This document shows, in pieces, positions 31,621 to 41,524 of a stretch of DNA of 64,000 bases. The notes beneath the pieces were generated by a model. It was given only the letters and a program-made list of their open reading frames with translations, ran no database searches and was not told the origin of the DNA. Both the position numbers and the translations under genes were made by a program. Within the stretch, counting starts at the first letter, position 1. Each line of letters opens with the position of its first letter. Source of the DNA: Acidilobaceae archaeon (lineage in GTDB: Archaea > Thermoproteota > Thermoprotei_A > Sulfolobales > Acidilobaceae); contig JAWBBK010000005.1 in the NCBI GenBank assembly GCA_038824665.1, forward strand, positions 44,642-108,641, in the 5' to 3' direction.

Positions 31621-32799
31621 GTGAGGATCGTGCAACTGAAGTCTTTCACTTTAAGATATGGTAAGACTCTAGTCTTTTTTCGGACCTGGAAGCCTTATGA
31701 GGCTCGAAAGCTTTTTGAAAGGTTCAAGCAGAGCGCTAGTAGTAACGGGGAGAAGAAGCGCTTTGATGAGTGGCGCTCTGAACGACTTCATGACTTTAGC
31801 TTCTAGACTAGGACTTGAAGTCTCCGTGTTTCAGGGAGTAGAACCAAACCCTACAGTTGATATAGTCGATAAAATAGCTGAAACGGCTTGGCGTCAAAAA
31901 GCCGATCGCATAATTGCTCTCGGCGGCGGTAGCGTTATCGATGCAGCAAAGCTAGCGTCTGTAATCTCCGTCTGTGGATGTGAGGCAAGAGACTATCTTA
32001 AGGGGAGATGTTCTCCTTGTGGCTCATTACCTCTACTAGCGGTTAATCTAACTCATGGAACCGGTAGCGAGATAAACAGATATAGCGTTATCTCAGAATC
32101 TCAGATCTAGAAAATAAAGTGAAGTTGGGGATAGCCAGCGACTACTTCTACCCTCTGGCCTCTGTCGACGATCCTTTATACACGTTCACAATGCCTCACG
32201 AGCAAATAATATATACAAGTCTTGACGCCTTTTACCACTTCATAGAGGCCGCTACGTCTAGAGCGTCTTCTCCTATGGTTGAAACTCTAGCCGAAGAAGG
32301 CGTTTCGCTAATAGCGAAGTTCTTACCAAAAGCGGTTAAAGAGCCAAACCTTTTGGAAGCCAGGTACTGGTTGATGTATTCAGCTCTCTTGGCCGGCATT
32401 GCTATCGATAACGCTAGAATTCATATAATACATGTACTTGAACACGTCCTAACGGGTCTGAATCCCAACTTAGCTCACGGAGCTGGTCTTGGAATCCTAG
32501 GACCTACAGCGCTTAAACGCGTGTGTTCCGAGGTTCTCGATATCTGTACGAGAATTCTTAGACCTATTCTTAACGCTGAAAACGGAAAGCCTGAGGAGAT
32601 AGCTAGAGCTGTAGCCCGTTTTCAAGAATCTCTCGGATTTAGAGAAAAACTAAGTGATTATGGCTTTAGTCCCGACCTAGCTGACGAAGTAGCTGAAAGA
32701 GCTCTCAGTCTATTTCCAATCCAGCTCGAATTAGCTCCTATAAGCGTCTCAAAGGAAGTCTTAAAAGAAGTCTACTTAGAAGTGGTGAGAAATAGTTAG
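31621..32799 (+). pseudogene. Iron-containing alcohol dehydrogenase, two frameshifts
   Basis: EPNP, GGGSVIDAAK, HGTGSE, DAFYH, HVLEH and AHG motifs spread over three frame segments; T6 run at 31675-31680 and ATCTCAGA duplication at 32090-32105. Confidence 0.88.
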
Positions 32800-33116
32800 A
32801 AAAAAGATAAACAAGAATGTCAAGATACTAACGTGTATGTCAGGAGTGAAAGAGATATTTTAAAAAAAGATATAGTATAGAACAAATCATATGTTCGCCT
32901 TTAGGCTATTATGATGGTTAAGACCCTATTAGCTACGTTAAAAGTCCTAACGTAGTCAGTATCGTTAAAACTTCTCTAGAACGATCCTTTCAACATTGAG
33001 AGAACATCAAACCTAGATCCTAACAGACAGTATATTAATCCCACGGACTAACGACGCTTTGTACGTGATGTTTTTAAAGATTTTGTACGTCAATAGTTTT
33101 TGGTCTTTCAGTAGGT

Positions 33117-34405
33117 GTGATTAGAATGACGTTAAGCAATTGGAAAGCTTGGCTTGGTCTAGCTCTTATTGTCTATCTATTTGTTGCACTTTTACTTAGA
33201 AGTAGAAGACCGACGATACCAGCATGGGGGGTTATGGCCTTTGCTTCGTTTCTTGTCGTTGTAACTGGACTGATCGGTCCTGATGATTTTCTCATGCAGT
33301 AGATATGGAAGTGATCCTGTTCTTAATCGGTATGTTTAGTATAGCTGGCCTTGCAGAGTCTTCGGGACTTCTAGACGCTATATCAATATGGGTGGTAACG
33401 AAATGTGGAAGAACAACAACCCTTATATATGTACTTTCTCTACTCTTCGGCGTTTTTGTAGCTATTGCTGTCAACGATACGGCTGCTCTAATGGGACCAC
33501 CTATAGTCTACACCGTTTCAAAAGCGTTAAATATAGACCCTAAACCGCTGTTTCTCCTGCTAGCTTTCTCTCTCACTATAGGTTCTGTTGTAACACCTAT
33601 TGGAAACCCACAGAATGTGCTTATAGCTATCGATTCCGGTATAGAGGCTCCGTTCATTACATTCATGACAAAACTCCTTATACCGACAATAATAAACCTT
33701 ATACTTACCGCGTTCTTACTGATAAAGATCTTCAGAATAGAAGATAAGCGTATAGAAATAATGCTTATTCCACAAGAAGCCATTAGAAATAAAAGAGACG
33801 CTATTCTCGCCGGTATAGGGTTATTAATTTCTATAGTAGCCCTTGTCGTAAACGACATCTTTGAGTTATATGGATTGCCACACATAACCCATAGAGGGTT
33901 TATACCGTTTATTATTGCAACTGGACTGTATATATTTGCAAGTAACCCAAGAAAAATGCTTGCAGGAGTCGATTGGGGAACCATAATATTCTTTATAACA
34001 ATGTTTATAACGATGGAAGGTATATGGAGAAGTGGCATACTAAACCCTATTTTAGATACTTTAATGCCACAGAAAATCGATGGATTCGAAGGAGTATTGA
34101 TGATCTCCTTTACATCGCTTCTACTAAGTCAGTTGCTGAGCAACGTTCCCTTCGTCAAATTATTTATAAATCATATGAGAGACTTAGGTTACACAAGCAA
34201 CGACGTAGATGCATGGATAGCTCTTGCAATGAGTTCAACAATAGCAGGTAATCTCACAATACTTGGAGCAGCCTCTAACATAATCATACTCGAAATTCTT
34301 GAAAGTAGAATGGGTACAACGATAACGTTCATAGAGTTTCTCAAAGTAGGTAGCATAGTGACGATAGTTAACGTAAGTATATATCTGCTCTTCTTCATGA
34401 TCTAG
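33117..34405 (+). pseudogene. ArsB/NhaD (SLC13/CitMHS-like) anion permease, frameshifted near the 5' end
   Basis: AVND, TPIGNPQN, VDWGTI, LSNVP and AGNLTILGAASN motifs; -1 shift near 33290 separates the first two TM helices; AT-rich. Confidence 0.78.
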
Positions 34406-34564
34406 TCTAGAGTCGCTACTTCAGGAGGTTTTCAAACAAATGTGAGAGACCTTAGCAATGAGAAGCACGGCAGGGTATATCCGTAGAAAAGCTCAGCTTA
34501 AATAAGGCTCCTTCCACGAAGTCTCTGAAGAGGTAGAGCGCTTTAGGTGTTGAGGTGAAGCTTT

Positions 34565-35860
34565 GTGAAGTACATGATTAAAGCTAGAGTAGAAGTGGAT
34601 GGAAAAGTCGGCAAGCATGACATAATAGGAGCTGTTTTCGGTCAGACAGAAGGTCTGTTAGGCTCAGAGTTTAATTTAGAAGACTTACAAGAAAAAGATA
34701 GAATAGGTAGAGTGCTAGTCGATGTGAAGTATGTGGGCAACAAGACTACGGGGATCCTACAAGTGTCTAGCAATCTCGATAGAGTTGAGACTGCCATTTT
34801 AGCAGCGATGCTCGAAACCGTAGACAGAGTAGGACCTTATAACGCACGCGTGATAGTAGAAGAAGTACGAGATCTTAGAGCTGAGAAGATCAAATACGTT
34901 ATCGATAGAGCTAAAGAGATACTGAAGAAGATCAGAGAAGAAGAGCCTGATGTAAAGGAGATCATCAGACAGATCGAAGAAGAGATGCTCAAAGCTCCTA
35001 AGATCATAGAGTTCGGTCCTGAGAAGCTACCTGCAGGACCTCAAGTCGAGTCTGCCGATACCCTGATCGTTGTTGAAGGAAGAGCTGACGTCGTGAACTT
35101 GTTGAGATATGGATATGAGAACGTCATTGCCCTAGAAGGAGCTAGAGAAAAAGTGCCTGAAAGCTTGAAGAAGCTAGCTGAAAACAAGAAGGTCGTTCTC
35201 TTCGTAGATGGCGATAGAGGAGGAGAGCTGATAATTATGAACGTCTTAGGTCAAATGAAAGTAGATTACATAGCGAGAGCTCCTAAAGACAAAGAAGTAG
35301 AAAAGCTCACAGCTAAAGAAGTAGCGAAAGCCTTAAGCGAGATGACTCCTGTTGATGAGTTCGTTAAAAGCCTAAAGCAACAGGCCGAAGCAGTATCAAC
35401 AGCTAAACCCACAGTTCTACCAGAAGTAGAGGTAGTAGCTCCTGAAGCTAAGACAGAGACAGCCACTGCTCCAGTAGCTGAAGCTATAGCCGAAGTAGCT
35501 CAGATGGCCGAGACTACAGCTCCAACTGTACAACCAGAACTTGAGGTCATCACGTTAGCTATACCTAAAAACATATTAGAAAGCGCGAGCAAACTCAAAG
35601 GCACTTTAGAGGCTATAGTTTACGACTCCTCATGGAACGAAGTAATGAGGGTCAAGGTAAAAGACCTCTTCAACGTTCTTCAAGGCGTAGAAGCTGGCAA
35701 AGTTTATGCTGTGATATTAGATGGAATAATCACCCAAAGGCTTGTAGACGTGGCTACAGAAAAGAATATATCGTTGCTCATAGGAGCTCGTGCTGGAAGC
35801 AAGGTGATTCCTAAGAGCCCTGCTTTACGGATGCTAACTTTCGCTGACTTGGGCATATGA
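34565..35860 (+). CDS. dnaG: Archaeal DnaG-like protein (TOPRIM, exosome-associated)
   Basis: DIIGAVFGQTEGLLG, VVEGRADV, DGDRGG and DGIITQRLVD motifs. Confidence 0.94.
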   Translation: MKYMIKARVEVDGKVGKHDIIGAVFGQTEGLLGSEFNLEDLQEKDRIGRVLVDVKYVGNKTTGILQVSSNLDRVETAILAAMLETVDRVGPYNARVIVEEVRDLRAEKIKYVIDRAKEILKKIREEEPDVKEIIRQIEEEMLKAPKIIEFGPEKLPAGPQVESADTLIVVEGRADVVNLLRYGYENVIALEGAREKVPESLKKLAENKKVVLFVDGDRGGELIIMNVLGQMKVDYIARAPKDKEVEKLTAKEVAKALSEMTPVDEFVKSLKQQAEAVSTAKPTVLPEVEVVAPEAKTETATAPVAEAIAEVAQMAETTAPTVQPELEVITLAIPKNILESASKLKGTLEAIVYDSSWNEVMRVKVKDLFNVLQGVEAGKVYAVILDGIITQRLVDVATEKNISLLIGARAGSKVIPKSPALRMLTFADLGI

Positions 35861-35868
35861 AAAGATGG

Positions 35869-38268
35869 TTAAGCAGAAGGACTCAAAAAGTCTAGAAGGC
35901 TTTTTTGTGAAGCTCCCTTGAGCTTCTTTTCTGATATCCCGAAAAACCCTAGTATTCTCATAGCAGCTGGTATTGCTTGCTTCTCTATGTAGTAGTCAAT
36001 ATCGATCTCGTCAAGAGATGCCATGAAGTAGGGCTTTGCTCTAGCCGATAGAGGACCTGACCCTTTTACTATCACGTAGCCTATCTTATCTCCAGGCTCG
36101 ACACGAATTCCTGCTTTCATCATTATCCTAGCGGCCGTTACATGTGGTTGCTCCGCTTTGTACTCGTCAGGTCTTCGAGTCAGAGTTTTCCATATAACAA
36201 GCTTGTCTATGTTAACTTTTCTGTTCTTCAGAGAATCTATTAGCGAGTTCATGTACTCAACAGCCTTCTCTGTAGACCCTGTCTTCAATATGATCTCCGC
36301 TACTCTAGCTTGAGCTTCTTTAGCCAGATCGCTCCAGTCTCCTCTCACAGCTTCAAATCCAACTACATCGATTTTCCCATCTATAGTTAGCCCCACATAC
36401 CTCTTCTTAGCTTCGGTGAAAAAGACCTTTCTATAAACTTTGTCTATCTTTATGTCGAAACCTAGCTCTCTTTCGACAAACTCTATCAGCTTGTTTATCT
36501 TATCTTCTTCATAACGCACAAAGAGGCTGTCCGTGTCTCCATATATAACAGGTAGGCCGATCTCTCTAGCTTTAGCTACAGCTGACTTTATCAGAGCTCT
36601 GCCCCAAGCCGTTACTGCTTCAGCACACTCTCTACAATACCATCTAGCTGAAACCCAGCCCATATAACCGTAGCTAGCGTTAGCTAAGACCTTAATCGCC
36701 TTTTGCCTTTCATCTAGTAGCCTATATTCAGGCGAGTCTTTAGGCAACTTGTCCATGACTTTCTTGATCTCTTTTCTCCACTTCAAGAACCTCTCTAAAA
36801 CGTTCTTGAAGAAGCCAGGAGGCTCAGCTCTAAATCTGTGACCGATCTCAGGAGCTACGTAGACTTCTCCGAACTCTTCTCCCGATCTCACGAGAGTATC
36901 AGGGCCTATGTTGTACTTGACCATTATGTTAGGATACATGCTAGCAAAGTCTAGAACAGCTACGTTTTCATGTATGCCAGGCTTTGGCTCTAAGACTATA
37001 GCTCCCTCGTAGCTCTCCTCTCCTCTCCAGACTCTGTTGGGAACGAGTTCTTTTCGCTTGTACGCTTCTCTCATCAGCCTCCACTCAAGCCTATAGCCCA
37101 CGCTAGCTGCGACAACCTGATCTAGAGGAAGTCCGCTGACCTGGCTTAGCTGAGCTCCAAATGGAAGTAGCTTTAAAGCGAGCCTCATAGTAGCCACAAC
37201 GTCATCAGCTAAGTACTTATGTAATATAGGCCTCTTGGACTGGTCCATCCAGTACTCGCCTATTTGCCACCACTCTAAGTTGACTCTCTCTTCTTTGCTC
37301 ATAACTCCAAGATAGTCGGCAACTTCATCTAGACTCTTCACTTTAACTTCATGGATCTCTGTAGCGAAGTCTAAGAGATCGACGTTAAGTCTTCCAGGAA
37401 CTGAAACATGTCCGAAAGAGCTAGACTGAGGAACGCTACCTCTTCTCCTCCCTACGTCTAGAGGTATTCCGTGGATCTTGGCTCTTTCCATCAAATAAGG
37501 CCAGTCAAACCTGTTCTGATTGTAGCCTACTACTATATCTGGGTCTCTAGCTTTGATCTCTGAAACAAAGCTAGCGATAAGTTCTGAGTCGTTATTACCC
37601 TTGGCTTCTAATATTGTTGGCTCGCTATCGCCTGGATAGGACATCAAGCCAATCAATATAACCGGGTCTTTTTTAGGGTTTGGAGTTCTCATTATATTAA
37701 AGACTTCTATGTCGAAAGCTAGGATTCTCAAACCTTCAAGAGGGTCTACGTTGACCTTAGACTCGTCTTCAAATATGTCGCCTACTACTTTGTAAGTCAC
37801 ATCTACTCCGTAATATCCAGGGTTCGAGTGTTCCTGAACTTCAGCAACATACCACCTCATAGGATAGAGGTTTTTGTCTATCAGGAACCTCATAGCGAAT
37901 CTTATATCTGCTTCGAGAACGTCCTTAACCCCTCTTATCTTAGAAACTTCTTCTCTATAATCTCTTACTGCTGTCGGAACCACAGTGGTTATCTTTAAGG
38001 CTCTACATGGTCTTCCGTAGAGCTTCTTCTCAACTAGCTCCACTGAGACTATAGGACTTGACGACCTAGAGAGTTTCCTAACTTCTTCAGCAATCCTAGA
38101 AGGGTCTGCCCCCTCTTCTAAAAGAGCGTAGAAATAAGGCTTAAAGCCCTCGTATATGAGAACTGCTCTTCTATTGTCGTTGAGTCTAGCCCAGATTATG
38201 ATCTTAGCTTCACCGCCTTGAACCTCATAACTCACGTCGAGAAGCTGAAAAGACACTCGCTGTGACAA
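35869..38268 (-). CDS. polB: Family B DNA polymerase (PolB3-like)
   Basis: Exo AFDIE and GYN..FD; polymerase DFASMYP, K..AN..YGY and YGDTDS motifs intact. Confidence 0.95.
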   Translation of the reverse strand: MSQRVSFQLLDVSYEVQGGEAKIIIWARLNDNRRAVLIYEGFKPYFYALLEEGADPSRIAEEVRKLSRSSSPIVSVELVEKKLYGRPCRALKITTVVPTAVRDYREEVSKIRGVKDVLEADIRFAMRFLIDKNLYPMRWYVAEVQEHSNPGYYGVDVTYKVVGDIFEDESKVNVDPLEGLRILAFDIEVFNIMRTPNPKKDPVILIGLMSYPGDSEPTILEAKGNNDSELIASFVSEIKARDPDIVVGYNQNRFDWPYLMERAKIHGIPLDVGRRRGSVPQSSSFGHVSVPGRLNVDLLDFATEIHEVKVKSLDEVADYLGVMSKEERVNLEWWQIGEYWMDQSKRPILHKYLADDVVATMRLALKLLPFGAQLSQVSGLPLDQVVAASVGYRLEWRLMREAYKRKELVPNRVWRGEESYEGAIVLEPKPGIHENVAVLDFASMYPNIMVKYNIGPDTLVRSGEEFGEVYVAPEIGHRFRAEPPGFFKNVLERFLKWRKEIKKVMDKLPKDSPEYRLLDERQKAIKVLANASYGYMGWVSARWYCRECAEAVTAWGRALIKSAVAKAREIGLPVIYGDTDSLFVRYEEDKINKLIEFVERELGFDIKIDKVYRKVFFTEAKKRYVGLTIDGKIDVVGFEAVRGDWSDLAKEAQARVAEIILKTGSTEKAVEYMNSLIDSLKNRKVNIDKLVIWKTLTRRPDEYKAEQPHVTAARIMMKAGIRVEPGDKIGYVIVKGSGPLSARAKPYFMASLDEIDIDYYIEKQAIPAAMRILGFFGISEKKLKGASQKSLLDFLSPSA

Positions 38269-38371
38269 CTAAAGCCCCACTTCTGTGTATTACGATTCGA
38301 ACCTAAAGAGAGCTGAACGCTAATCTGATCGAAAAAGTGAAAAAGATGTAAAAAGCCTCGATATGTCAAGG

Positions 38372-38716
38372 CTAAAGCGATACGACCTCTATACCTAACT
38401 CCTTTAGCTTCTTCTTGACCTCTTGTATAGCGAGACTCTCGTCTGGTTTTAAAGTAGTCTTATCGAAGGGGTATTGGCTGAGCAGGAGAAACACATTGTT
38501 TTCTTCCAACACCAAGAAGAGCTGAGGAAGCCATGCCATTCCGAAATCGTCTTTCTCTCCATATTGATTTACAAAGACATAGTCTTCGAGTTTGACCTCT
38601 AAATCTATCCCTAGAGAACTAGCTAGTCTCTGAGCTAGTCTAAGCCAGTCTTTATGAAGAGGATGAAACTCTGCACTGACCAAGATTATCTTAGATGGTT
38701 TGACCACAGCGATCAC
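38372..38716 (-). CDS. Hypothetical protein, possible thioredoxin/glutaredoxin fold without CxxC
   Basis: Beta-strand then HPLH then helix; LPQLF resembles the glutaredoxin cis-Pro loop. Confidence 0.6.
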   Translation of the reverse strand: MIAVVKPSKIILVSAEFHPLHKDWLRLAQRLASSLGIDLEVKLEDYVFVNQYGEKDDFGMAWLPQLFLVLEENNVFLLLSQYPFDKTTLKPDESLAIQEVKKKLKELGIEVVSL

Positions 38717-38741
38717 CGACTTCCGAGTTCAATAGTTAAAC

Positions 38742-39599
38742 CTATTTAGCTCTAGACCTTTCGATCTCTTCGCAGACGCTTTTCATGACCAGCGCGTCTT
38801 TATCTAAAAGAGGACTTTCGCTTATCACTACTGCTTCTACATTAGCGCTCAGATAGGCCTCACAGACTATGCTCCAATCAGGTCCATAGCCTTTCTCCGC
38901 TAAGACTTTATGTTCTCTCTCGCCACCCTTCCCGTACTCTATTTTAGAGAAATGAGTATGTAAAGGTTTGATAGAAGCTGAGCCTAGCTCTTTTTCAATA
39001 AACTCTATAACTTTCAAAACGTCGTCTACTTTAGTCACGAATTTGCCCTCATATCTAGCGTAGATGTGAGCCCAGTCAACACATGGCTTACATCTTTCTA
39101 TTTGTCTACATATCTCTACTACTTCTTCTACTGTACCTATTTGTGAGTCCTTTCCTAAAGTCTCGGGAGCTATTGTTGGAGTTTTAACCCAACTAGGCAA
39201 AAGGTCAAGAGCCTCTTTGTAAGTAGCTATTGCTCTTTCTAAGGCAATTTTCTTGCTAGGATTTCCTTTATAGTAACCTGTATGTATCACTACAGCTTCT
39301 GCTCCCATCCATTCAGCAGCTTTCAGGGACTCTACGATTCTCTCTATGCTTCTCAAAACCACGTCTCTTTCCGGACTGGCTAAATTTATGTAATAAGGTC
39401 CATGGATAGAAACCTTTACGTCAAAAGCCCTAGCTTGAGAGCCTAAAGACCTAGCCTTCTCTTCTTTGACCTTTACTCCATGAACTGCTTCGTATTCGAA
39501 AGCGTCTAATCCTAGGCTTCTTAAATAGCTTGGCACTCCTTCGAGTTGTCCTTTGTAATCTATTGGAAGACCTGCTGGACCGTAGCGTATTCTAGCCAA
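38742..39599 (-). CDS. nfo: Endonuclease IV (AP endonuclease family 2)
   Basis: HGPYYINLAS, IHTG, PETLGK, DWAH, HTHFS and EH motifs. Confidence 0.9.
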   Translation of the reverse strand: MARIRYGPAGLPIDYKGQLEGVPSYLRSLGLDAFEYEAVHGVKVKEEKARSLGSQARAFDVKVSIHGPYYINLASPERDVVLRSIERIVESLKAAEWMGAEAVVIHTGYYKGNPSKKIALERAIATYKEALDLLPSWVKTPTIAPETLGKDSQIGTVEEVVEICRQIERCKPCVDWAHIYARYEGKFVTKVDDVLKVIEFIEKELGSASIKPLHTHFSKIEYGKGGEREHKVLAEKGYGPDWSIVCEAYLSANVEAVVISESPLLDKDALVMKSVCEEIERSRAK

Positions 39600-39649
39600 A
39601 AAGCACCACCGAAGTTCTACAAGCTTCTGAGAGCTTTAGGATGTAAACT

Positions 39650-40162
39650 CTAACTCTCGAAGAGAAGACTTTCAGCTACTCTAAAAGGATTAGCGTTAGG
39701 CCTTAAAACCTTGGTTCTCGCCATTATTGCCTGATGATGCTTGATCCAGCCTGGAAGACTTGTTCTCAAAGCAAGCACAGAGACCTTAGGTCCTGCTTTC
39801 TCTAGAGCTTCGAGAAGACTGTCAGCAAGCCTACTCGGCTTCACAGAAGCTGACCAAATTATAGAAGTTCGGATAGCTCTCGCCTTCCAGCTATATTCTA
39901 TTACGAGTTCTAGAGCCTCTCCTAAAGCCTCTTCTATTTTAGGGCTCTTGCCCAAGTCAGGAGCGCTTTCATAGAGTTCAATGAGTTCTTTAGAGAAGTT
40001 ATCGCTTGGATCCAGCACAGGTACAGCTCTGTCTCCATAAAAGATCACTGATACCCATGCTCCGCTCGATTTGATCAAGGAAAGCAGAGACTCCAAGATC
40101 CTCAAGGCTATCTCTTTGTTTATAGAGGAAGTCTTTTCTACAAGGACTATGACTAAGTTCAA
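39650..40162 (-). CDS. Degenerate vWA-like protein
   Basis: vWA-like strand/helix order (VIVLV, VSVIFYGDRAVP, IEEALGEAL) but no DxSxS; overlaps the upstream vWA gene. Confidence 0.55.
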   Translation of the reverse strand: MNLVIVLVEKTSSINKEIALRILESLLSLIKSSGAWVSVIFYGDRAVPVLDPSDNFSKELIELYESAPDLGKSPKIEEALGEALELVIEYSWKARAIRTSIIWSASVKPSRLADSLLEALEKAGPKVSVLALRTSLPGWIKHHQAIMARTKVLRPNANPFRVAESLLFES

Positions 40163-40677
40163 GATAAGAGTTCCTCCAAAGCCTTAGTGAGATCCGCTCT
40201 GCTTTGAACTCTTCTCACTAGCTCTTGAGAAACTTCTTGTAGAGTTCCACTGCCTATAAGCAGTATCCTTGTATCTACTTTAGAGTTCTTAGCGAACGCT
40301 AAAGCTAGACTTAAGGGTACTCCTCTTGTGATCTCTCCATCAGTTATCGCTATTAAGACCTTAGGTCCTCTATGTTGTCTCAAGATCTTTACTCCCCACA
40401 CTAACCCGTCTCCTAAAGAAGACCCCTCGTAGGTTTTCGTAACTACTGAGAGAGCTCTAACGAAGTCTCCGTAAGATCTGGTCAGAGGAAGGATGGGCAC
40501 TGCGTTTTCGTGAAAAACTACAAGTCCTACGCTAGCTCCTCTTTCGAGAGCCCTTCTACCGGCAAAGGCTACGACCTCTAAGACTGCTGTTAGCTTGTTC
40601 GGCACTAGGTCTCCGTAAGGCTTTCCCATGCTCAAAGATATATCTATAACGAACGATACTCCTTTATTTTCTAGCAA
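40159..40677 (-). CDS. von Willebrand factor A domain protein
   Basis: MIDAS DISLS..DLVPNKL, GLVVF, SSLGDGL and ITDG motifs. Confidence 0.85.
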   Translation of the reverse strand: MLENKGVSFVIDISLSMGKPYGDLVPNKLTAVLEVVAFAGRRALERGASVGLVVFHENAVPILPLTRSYGDFVRALSVVTKTYEGSSLGDGLVWGVKILRQHRGPKVLIAITDGEITRGVPLSLALAFAKNSKVDTRILLIGSGTLQEVSQELVRRVQSRADLTKALEELLS

Positions 40678-41440
40678 GCCATCTCTCCTCCAGCTCTATA
40701 GGTATCAAGACTGGAACAGCTCTGAGAGAGTAGAGAACTTCAGCTATTTCGATCTCGCTTTCAAAAACGTTTCGTCTAATCAGTGTCTCAAGAATCGACA
40801 AAGAGGAGCCGGTACGCGTTCCGTTACGAGTTGCCTCTGACCTAACTCTTATGTCATCACTTATGAGCGTTATCCCCTCCTTTCTTGCGTAATCCACACA
40901 GGCTTTTTCAAGAGAGGTGATAGATTTCGGCTCTTCTTGATCGTCAACATCTAACTCTACGTAGCTAGATATGGGGATAGCCGGAAGCCCTAGTCTAACT
41001 CTAAGAGCGTTTAGAGCTTGAACTCTAGCTTCAAGCTGTTTAGGGACTAGCAGGTCTATCTCTAAATCTTTAGTCTTGGGAAGGACTTCCGCTAGTCGAG
41101 ATTTGTAGATGGTGTGAACGCTAGAAGGGTCTAGCAAGAGCTCTCCTTCTACAACGTCAACTTCACTTGAGCTAAGAACTCCGAGAAGTGGCTGAACGCC
41201 TCTGTAGAGAAGATAGTCAAGAAACTCATCGTAAGAGAGTCCTGCTATTTCAGCTGCGTAGCTCAGACTCACGTCTTTTAAAAGATATAGGTCTAAAGCC
41301 ACTCTCTTTAAATCTAGAGTCTCAAAATATCTTCGAAGAGCGTCTCTGACCACCTCTGATACGCTTCCATAAAGTCCAAGCTCAACGAGTTTTCTCGCTC
41401 TCCTCTCGAGAAGCCCGCTTATCTCTACGCTCACAACCAA
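40664..41440 (-). CDS. RHH + UPF0175 HTH + PIN-like fusion protein
   Basis: LVELGLYGSVSEVVRDALR (RHH), VSLSYAAEIAGLSYDEFL (UPF0175) and LLLD..E..LISDD...R (PIN). Confidence 0.72.
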   Translation of the reverse strand: MVVSVEISGLLERRARKLVELGLYGSVSEVVRDALRRYFETLDLKRVALDLYLLKDVSLSYAAEIAGLSYDEFLDYLLYRGVQPLLGVLSSSEVDVVEGELLLDPSSVHTIYKSRLAEVLPKTKDLEIDLLVPKQLEARVQALNALRVRLGLPAIPISSYVELDVDDQEEPKSITSLEKACVDYARKEGITLISDDIRVRSEATRNGTRTGSSLSILETLIRRNVFESEIEIAEVLYSLRAVPVLIPIELEERWLARK

Positions 41441-41524
41441 GTCCTGGAGCCCACTATAAGCGAAATAGAACTGGGTTATAAAGAGAAAAAGAAAGAGGAA
41501 GATATAGAGGGTCTAAGAGAAGAG

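Noticed and set aside
35380-35545. Ala/Glu/Thr/Pro-rich insert in DnaG as a possible intein
   Set aside because: No intein terminal motifs; it reads as a low-complexity linker
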